Both the position numbers and the translations under genes were made by a program. Under the pieces are notes generated by a model. The model saw nothing but the letters and a program-made list of their open reading frames with translations. It was not told the DNA's origin and made no database searches. Below are positions 58,265-64,000 of a DNA stretch of 64,000 bases, piece by piece. Each line of letters begins with the position of its first letter. Position 1 is the first letter of the stretch. The stretch lies in the sequence record OP991903.1; one strand, 5' to 3'.

Positions 58265-58864
58265 ATGGATAACCTGACGCAAACGGGGGTTATTCGTGAC
58301 GAGCTGGTCCGGTTGATTAGGGTGGCAAATCCTGAGGGGCCTAACTGGGCTCCCTCTGAGTTGTCTATCGAGTACAAGTCTTACGATTCCCAGACGGACA
58401 ACAACACCATCTGGGTCCGTGACTTGACCAACCGGTTCTTCAGCTACCGCGATTTCGAATACCACCGGGTGGAATTCTCGCTTTTGTTCAAAGGGATTAC
58501 TCCCATGGTGCAGGTTCGTGAAGGGGAAACGGTTGCGGCCGTCCTCAAGCGTTTCTGTATCCAATACGGGTTACCGCAGTACCTGGCTACCGACTTTGAA
58601 GACTCCTCGCTTTTTACGCAAACCGTCCATCTTATTGATGGAAGAGGGAACCTCACGGCGATATTCGCCGATGACTCGCTCGGTTGGCACGGGATTCTTG
58701 ACATCGGTCTCTGGGACGGCGTTCCGCACCTGAACACTGCGATTAAGACCACCGACCTCGATGGCTTTACGCCGCCGAACAACGACCTCAGTGAAGCGAT
58801 TATCTACCCTACGCTCGCTGGCTACCGTTACCCCAGCCTCCCAGACGATGAGCAACCCGAATGA
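58265..58864 (+). CDS. putative virion/tail-associated protein
   Basis: ~200 aa, AAGGGG RBS; domain similar in style to 56396..57244 (YHRVEFSLLF...RFCIQYGL). Confidence 0.5.
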   Translation: MDNLTQTGVIRDELVRLIRVANPEGPNWAPSELSIEYKSYDSQTDNNTIWVRDLTNRFFSYRDFEYHRVEFSLLFKGITPMVQVREGETVAAVLKRFCIQYGLPQYLATDFEDSSLFTQTVHLIDGRGNLTAIFADDSLGWHGILDIGLWDGVPHLNTAIKTTDLDGFTPPNNDLSEAIIYPTLAGYRYPSLPDDEQPE

Positions 58865-59211
58865 AACCACCAATTCAAATCTTGGCAAAAATTGCTGAGC
58901 AGGCCCATGCCGTGAACAACGTCTGGACCAAAGAAGTCGGTAACGAAACCCGTCCGGAATGGAACACCCTGTCACAGGACGATAAAGAGCATTACATCCA
59001 CGCGGTAGCCAACGCCATTGATTCCAAACTCTCCAGTCCAGCGGATGCCCACAAACAGTGGTCGACCTGGATGATGGAACAAGGGTGGGAACACGGTGAC
59101 TACGACAGAGAAGGGAAGAAACACCCTAACCTCGTGCCGTACGACCAGCTGCCTGAAACCGAAAAGGTAAAAGACATCCTTTTCATTGCGGTATGTAAAC
59201 CGTTCTACTAA
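58861..59211 (+). CDS. RyR-domain protein
   Basis: HKQWSTWMMEQGWEHGDYDREGKKHPNLVPYDQLPETEKVKD matches the RyR repeat consensus. Confidence 0.8.
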   Translation: MKPPIQILAKIAEQAHAVNNVWTKEVGNETRPEWNTLSQDDKEHYIHAVANAIDSKLSSPADAHKQWSTWMMEQGWEHGDYDREGKKHPNLVPYDQLPETEKVKDILFIAVCKPFY

Positions 59212-59216
59212 AAAGA

Positions 59217-59247
59217 CGGGGGCACAGTCCCCCGCTTTTATTTTTTG
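59217..59247 (+). terminator. intrinsic terminator
   Basis: CGGGGG-CACAGT-CCCCCG + T-tract. Confidence 0.75.
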
Positions 59248-59262
59248 TTCAGGAGGTTGCCC

Positions 59263-59823
59263 GTGGACGGGAATATTTTACGTGTTGTCGGGATTGACCC
59301 CGGTAGCCAGTCACTGGGGTTCTCGTACTTTGAGCACAACATCGAAACCAACGACCCCCGGTTAAAGTTTGCCCGTACCTTCCATGCGGAATCGGTGATG
59401 AAGTCGAATCCCCGGTTTGATATCTTTGGCGTGCGTGGGAAACGGTTGCGGTTGTGCGGTGAGTTCATCACGCGTCAATTGACCGAACTGAATCCCCACA
59501 TCGTCTGTTGTGAAGATGCGTACCTGGGGCGCTTCCCTGCGGCGTTTCGTTCACTGGTCGAAGGGGTGGTCTGTATTCAGAACGCCGTGTACGCCTGGAA
59601 TGAAGAGACCCGTTTGTGGTTAGTGGACCCGCCGACGGCGAAGATTGCTGTCGGTGCACCGGGACGCGGTGGTGGTAAAGATGCGGTACGGGATGCCCTC
59701 TTGAAGAACAAGGACTTCGCCTTTGAGGTAGAAGTGGACTTGTTAGACGAACACAGCGTTGACTCCGTTGCCATCGGGTGGTGGGGCCTCAAGCGCTGGA
59801 TAGAAGAAAACCAACCGGAGTAA
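59263..59823 (+). CDS. ruvC: RuvC-like Holliday junction resolvase
   Basis: AGGAGG RBS then GTG 59263; VVGIDPG, VCCEDAY, AKIAVGAPGRGGGK, DEHSVDSVAIG. Confidence 0.85.
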   Translation: MDGNILRVVGIDPGSQSLGFSYFEHNIETNDPRLKFARTFHAESVMKSNPRFDIFGVRGKRLRLCGEFITRQLTELNPHIVCCEDAYLGRFPAAFRSLVEGVVCIQNAVYAWNEETRLWLVDPPTAKIAVGAPGRGGGKDAVRDALLKNKDFAFEVEVDLLDEHSVDSVAIGWWGLKRWIEENQPE

Positions 59824-59826
59824 CCC

Positions 59827-60576
59827 GTGGATAAATTGATTCCTTTCTTCCTGGACATTGAAGGTCTTGATGGTGCAGGAAAAACAACGTTGCGCAATCT
59901 GATTAGTATTGCTTTACAAGACCAGGGCTACGATGTCGTTCTGGCTCGTGAGCCCGGCGGTACGCCGTTAGCGGAACAGTTCCGTGACCTGGTCAAGTAC
60001 GGGCAGTCTAAGTACAATGAACCGATGACGGAACAGACTCGCCTCTGTCTCCTGAACGCCAGTCGCAGTCAACACCTGGAACACGTTATTCGTCCACACC
60101 TCGCCAAAGGCTCTGTAGTGCTCTGTGACCGTTTCTTCTGGTCAACCCTGGCCTACACAGACCCAGAGACGTACGAGCTCGCACAACAGCTCCACGTGCT
60201 GTTAGGGAATGACCTGGAACCGGACCTGATTATTTATCTGGACCTGGACCACAAAACGTCCCTGGCTCGGCGTAAAGCGCAGGAAGATGCACACTGGGAA
60301 GAATTGTTCCCCGGCGTACCGCGACGGGATGAACCCTGTGACATCGAAGCCAAGCTCGATACCCGCTACGAATCCGCTCGCTTAGTCTACCAAAATCTTG
60401 CTGCTAACGCTCCTAATGCTGTGACATTGGATGCACGTCAACCGATGAGCACAGTCTTTGCTAAAGCAATGGAAGCGATTAGCAAGGTGCAAGCGAGGCT
60501 GAACGAAAATGAAAGTAAGCGAGCTGTTACAAGTGAAACCGACGACGCTGGGCGTCTCGGGGATTCAGCTCAGTAA
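59827..60576 (+). CDS. tmk: thymidylate kinase
   Basis: P-loop IEGLDGAGKTT, REPGGTPLAE, LCDRF, PDLIIYLD. Confidence 0.92.
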   Translation: MDKLIPFFLDIEGLDGAGKTTLRNLISIALQDQGYDVVLAREPGGTPLAEQFRDLVKYGQSKYNEPMTEQTRLCLLNASRSQHLEHVIRPHLAKGSVVLCDRFFWSTLAYTDPETYELAQQLHVLLGNDLEPDLIIYLDLDHKTSLARRKAQEDAHWEELFPGVPRRDEPCDIEAKLDTRYESARLVYQNLAANAPNAVTLDARQPMSTVFAKAMEAISKVQARLNENESKRAVTSETDDAGRLGDSAQ

Positions 60577-61078
60577 CGGCAAGAGCTTAGTAGAAACCCT
60601 CCAGGGATACGAAGAGCTTGCCGTCGCGTGTAGCGACTGCTTAATGTTGCAACACGTGATTGATTCTGTCGCTCTTTTGACCCCAGAGCACCAGGAGGAA
60701 TTCATGAGTCTGGACGTAGATGATAAAACGGTGGAGAAAACACCCAACGCGGTGCCGCCGTTAACCGTGTCCCCTGAATACCAACGGGAAGCGAAAGTCC
60801 GGGCCGTGATTGGTGTGACCATGTGTGTGGTTCTCGCCCTCATGGCGCTGATGTTCGCGGCCACTATCTGTTGGGTGTCCATCGACCGCAAAGAGTTCCC
60901 GGACTGGTTCCTGGTTCTGGTGGTGGTTGGCCCTGTGATGGGGATTGGTTGGTTGTTCATGGGCTTAATCAACAAAGAGCGCCGTGACCTGATGTCGGTG
61001 GTGTTAGGTGACAGCCAGGCAGGTGGTGGATTTGTTGGGGCCTTCTTTGACTTCCTGGCCACACGACGAAAAGTCTAA
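60509..61078 (+). CDS. membrane protein with two transmembrane helices (possible holin-like)
   Basis: VIGVTMCVVLALMALMFAATICWV and WFLVLVVVGPVMGIGWLFMGL; function unassigned. Confidence 0.65.
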   Translation: MKVSELLQVKPTTLGVSGIQLSNGKSLVETLQGYEELAVACSDCLMLQHVIDSVALLTPEHQEEFMSLDVDDKTVEKTPNAVPPLTVSPEYQREAKVRAVIGVTMCVVLALMALMFAATICWVSIDRKEFPDWFLVLVVVGPVMGIGWLFMGLINKERRDLMSVVLGDSQAGGGFVGAFFDFLATRRKV

Positions 61079-61086
61079 CGCTAACA

Positions 61087-61129
61087 ATGGCGGCGTTACC
61101 TTCGGGTAGCGCTGTCATTCTTTTATGCT
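61087..61129 (+). terminator. terminator hairpin + TTTTATGC
   Basis: AATGGCGGCGTTACC-TTCG-GGTAGCGCTGTCATT (15 bp with GU). Confidence 0.8.
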
Positions 61130-61140
61130 TCGAGGTACGT

Positions 61141-61920
61141 ATGCTAGAAATGGTGATGGGTGGGAAGAAGAAAATCGAGGTTCTTCCTAGCCAGGCGATG
61201 TGGGTTGCCGCCGGAACCTTTAACTGGGTTGTACCCGACGGCGTAAAGAGTATCAGCGCAGTGGCTATTGGTGCAGGGGCACATGGAGCGTACGGAACCT
61301 TTGACGGCGTGACCACGACCGTTGGTGGGGTCGGTGGCTCCCTGCGCTACAACAATGCGATTTCAGTTACCCCCGGTGAAACACTGACCATCATTGTCGG
61401 GGCGGGAACCAGTAACCTTGGGTATACAACCGGTGGGATTGGTTGGGTAGACGGTAAGGACACCAGTATCCTCCGCGGTTCCACCGTGCTTTTGAAAGCG
61501 TCTGGTGGTCGGGCAACCAAAGATGCAATGGTGGCCAACTCTCTGGGAGCCGGTGGCGGGGATGGTGGTGTAAGGATTGCAACCAGTAGTACCCAAGGTG
61601 CGCCGGGGTCCGGTACGGGCGGGTACTACGGAGACGGCGGTGGTACTACAGCAGGGGCAACTCCGACCGACACGACCGCGGGTAAGGCTGGTACCATGAC
61701 CAGTAACACCGTCAACGGCGTGAACATCAGTGGCGGGAACAACGGGGTGGGCTCACAGCTGTATGGGGCATTGGTCAAAGGTACTCGCTGTGGTGTATCC
61801 GCAGGGGTGGCTCGTCGTTCGAGTGACAACGCCCGTGCGTATGCCGGGGCAGGTGTGGGTGGCGTAAGAATCATGTGGGGTGACACGCGCGCATTCCCTG
61901 AAAATGCAGACGACGTATAA
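61141..61920 (+). CDS. glycine-rich tail-fibre-associated protein
   Basis: GAGG RBS, start MLEMVMGGKKK; GTFNWVVPDGVKSISAVAIGAG and GGVRIMWG bracket a Gly-rich domain typical of phage tail proteins. Confidence 0.65.
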   Translation: MLEMVMGGKKKIEVLPSQAMWVAAGTFNWVVPDGVKSISAVAIGAGAHGAYGTFDGVTTTVGGVGGSLRYNNAISVTPGETLTIIVGAGTSNLGYTTGGIGWVDGKDTSILRGSTVLLKASGGRATKDAMVANSLGAGGGDGGVRIATSSTQGAPGSGTGGYYGDGGGTTAGATPTDTTAGKAGTMTSNTVNGVNISGGNNGVGSQLYGALVKGTRCGVSAGVARRSSDNARAYAGAGVGGVRIMWGDTRAFPENADDV

Positions 61921-61929
61921 GGGGGAGGT

Positions 61930-62700
61930 ATGATTGAAGCGCTCTTGATGGGAAGAAGGAAACCGTCCGCAGCGTGGGCATTGGGCACTGAGATGTTGGC
62001 GTGGGACTCGAGTATCTTCAGGGACACTGGTTTTGTCGATTACACCGGAAAAACTTTGAAGGTCACCAGTGTTATCCCAACCGCCGGTGCAGCAGTCCCC
62101 CCACTATTACCTTCATTGGGTGCCGAAAGTTTTCAATACGGAAAGGGTGTGGAAATGGGACATGGTTCTGTCGCCACTCCACCCGGGACTATTACACCAG
62201 GATTTGTGACCAGTGCCTGGACGGTGGATTATTGGAAACGGGACTTGGACGTCCTTTCCCCGGTTAACAAACACCAACCGTTAGTCCCCCTGATTGTTTA
62301 TCCCGACCTCACGGTAAACGGCTACTGGACCAACCGGTTACAGTGTACCTTGGGGTACGCCAACACCGCCCGCTTGGTTGGGATTTGGAACAATCAGGCT
62401 GCGCCCAGAATCAACGGAATGAAACAGAACGATGCATTCTACGGCACCGACTGGAAACACATTGCAGTCATGTACTCTGGCGGCAAGGTTTACTTCTTCT
62501 GTAACGGGGTGTTGATTGACACGCTGACGTACACGATTCTGACTCCTACGGGTAACCAACAGGTTGGTATCATGTCGCAGTCTGTGGCGAACAGTCCCGA
62601 TGTCAGGGGGATGGTAGAACGTTACCGACTGCGTGCCGGGGCACTGTTCCCGACCACCGGGTTCACTGCGGACACGGCAACCCTTTACCCCAGCGCGTAA
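61930..62700 (+). CDS. LamG/concanavalin-like tail-associated protein
   Basis: MIEALLMGRRK; WTVDYW, WKHIAVMYSGGKVYFFCNGVL, GMVERYRL. Confidence 0.65.
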   Translation: MIEALLMGRRKPSAAWALGTEMLAWDSSIFRDTGFVDYTGKTLKVTSVIPTAGAAVPPLLPSLGAESFQYGKGVEMGHGSVATPPGTITPGFVTSAWTVDYWKRDLDVLSPVNKHQPLVPLIVYPDLTVNGYWTNRLQCTLGYANTARLVGIWNNQAAPRINGMKQNDAFYGTDWKHIAVMYSGGKVYFFCNGVLIDTLTYTILTPTGNQQVGIMSQSVANSPDVRGMVERYRLRAGALFPTTGFTADTATLYPSA

Positions 62701-62713
62701 CGAGGATGAAACC

Positions 62714-63463
62714 ATGCAAGAACTTTTGTTAGCTGGGAAGAAAAGCGGTAAATACCCCGGGGCGACCACACCCATTGGACGATACGTCGACCCCAACAAC
62801 AGTGCGCGTTTTACGGAGTTCTACGGAGAGGTGGCGAACAGCGCTATGCCCTCAGTAGCCGCATTGCGAGCACTCGGGGGTAATGTGGGGTCGGCTATCA
62901 ACGCAACCATCCCGTGGTTGAAATTCGGGATTGACGGTCGCCTCCTCTATACACCGAAGAAACCTATCACCTCTGCTTACGGGTGGAGTGCACTTTACTC
63001 TTCGGGTTTAGTCTGGGGGTCAAACGACAACGGGCTGTTCAACAACGGAACACCGCGTAACCAGTTACGGACCATCGTCTTGAACGGGGTCACGTATAAG
63101 GTCATGTTGTGGAACGTCCTGCAACCCGGTCTGGGTAAGCTCCCTTATAACGGGAACTACGCCAACCGAACGGAGATGCTGGGGTCGGATTGGATGCGAT
63201 TGATTCCCAACATCGTTTCCACTACTGTCTCTGCGCAGGAAGGCCCGAAGTGGGAAACATATGACCCGGTAAACGACCTGATGCTGATTGGTGGTACCAC
63301 TACACCCGGTGGATTACAGTTGTGTCGCGAGCAGGTCAATGCCAACGACAGCCTGGCCCGTGCCGCGACCGTCTGGAGTAGCATCTGGACAGTGGGTGCG
63401 CCTGTTATCACTGACGTTCAGGCCTATTTAGGTTGGCGTCCTGTTTTGGAAATCATTCCTTAA
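62714..63463 (+). CDS. phiKZ gp131-family virion/tail protein
   Basis: Start MQELLLAGKKSGK; FYGEV, WLKFGIDGRLLYTPKKP, SDWMRL, GWRPVLE motifs of the gp131-like paralog family. Confidence 0.7.
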   Translation: MQELLLAGKKSGKYPGATTPIGRYVDPNNSARFTEFYGEVANSAMPSVAALRALGGNVGSAINATIPWLKFGIDGRLLYTPKKPITSAYGWSALYSSGLVWGSNDNGLFNNGTPRNQLRTIVLNGVTYKVMLWNVLQPGLGKLPYNGNYANRTEMLGSDWMRLIPNIVSTTVSAQEGPKWETYDPVNDLMLIGGTTTPGGLQLCREQVNANDSLARAATVWSSIWTVGAPVITDVQAYLGWRPVLEIIP

Positions 63464-63473
63464 GGGGTAGACC

Positions 63474-64000
63474 ATGTTAGAAGCCATACTCCTCGGTAAG
63501 AAGAACGGATTTGTTCCGGGTGAGCAGCCCTATATCGGTTATAATTTCGAGAAAGGACTATCGACCGGCAAACAGGTTATCAGTCTCACTAACCTGATTG
63601 CTAGTGATGTGGTCACACCACCGGTAGCCCTTTCGGGGTACAGTAAAGCACTGTTCACGGGAACCAAACAGTTCCCCATCATCCCGTTGACGTCAATGGA
63701 TGTAGGGACCGGGGATTTCACGATTGAATTTCCTTTCTATTGTACCCAGACCAGTAATGGTTATACGACTTTGATGTACCAACGCCCGAATACATCCAGT
63801 TGGGGCGGATTAATCATTCGCTTTGGGGATAACGGGTACGGTAACCGCTTACAGGTTTCGACCCAACCTGATATAGGTAACTCGAACTACTCAACCAGTA
63901 CAACGCGAGCAACCGGGACCAATCGCTGGATACATTTCGTCATGCAGCGACGTAACGGGAAAATCTCCGTCTACCTGAATGGGGTGAAACAAGGATTGGC
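63474..64000 (+). CDS. LamG/concanavalin-like tail-associated protein (3'-truncated)
   Basis: GGGG RBS, MLEAILLGKKNG; GTGDFTIEF, WIHFVMQRRNGKISVYLNGV; no stop before the window end, so absent from the ORF track. Confidence 0.7.
   Translation, partial: MLEAILLGKKNGFVPGEQPYIGYNFEKGLSTGKQVISLTNLIASDVVTPPVALSGYSKALFTGTKQFPIIPLTSMDVGTGDFTIEFPFYCTQTSNGYTTLMYQRPNTSSWGGLIIRFGDNGYGNRLQVSTQPDIGNSNYSTSTTRATGTNRWIHFVMQRRNGKISVYLNGVKQGL

Noticed and set aside
1-64000. tRNA genes, CRISPR arrays, stop-codon recoding, integrase or transposase
   Set aside because: No T-loop/cloverleaf or regularly spaced repeats seen in the intergenic gaps; genes tile the window in the standard code using all three stops.

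Overview
A 64-kb segment of a phiKZ-like nucleus-forming jumbo myophage (Chimalliviridae; gene order recalls the SPN3US/Erwinia-type group, by my recollection of synteny, not a database search). It holds the conserved core block: three non-virion RNA polymerase subunits (beta-C, beta'-C, beta-N), one virion RNAP subunit (beta'-C), SF2 helicase, one half of the split family-B DNA polymerase, DnaB-like helicase, a head/ejection protein cluster, baseplate genes, major capsid protein, portal, RuvC-like resolvase, thymidylate kinase and the start of a tail-fibre-associated paralog array. No tRNA, rRNA, CRISPR array, intron or intein was seen. Strongest observations: (1) a complete -1 programmed ribosomal frameshift signal (G GGT TTT / T TTT TTT, 6-nt spacer, hairpin, start-less open -1 frame) in a putative tail/baseplate assembly chaperone; (2) six genes at two loci that share only a ~12-aa N-terminal tag (M-x-E-x-L-L-x-G-K/R-K/R) fused to different binding-type domains; (3) apparent total absence of GATC and CTGCAG in a phage whose DNA should be shielded by a nuclear shell; (4) candidate anti-defence proteins (DarG-type macrodomain, RyR-domain protein, Rpn-like small HTH); (5) two candidate structured RNAs and a recurrent hairpin+TTTATGC 3'-end motif. 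phiKZ gene-number equivalences are inferred from synteny and remembered motifs and need HMM/structure confirmation.
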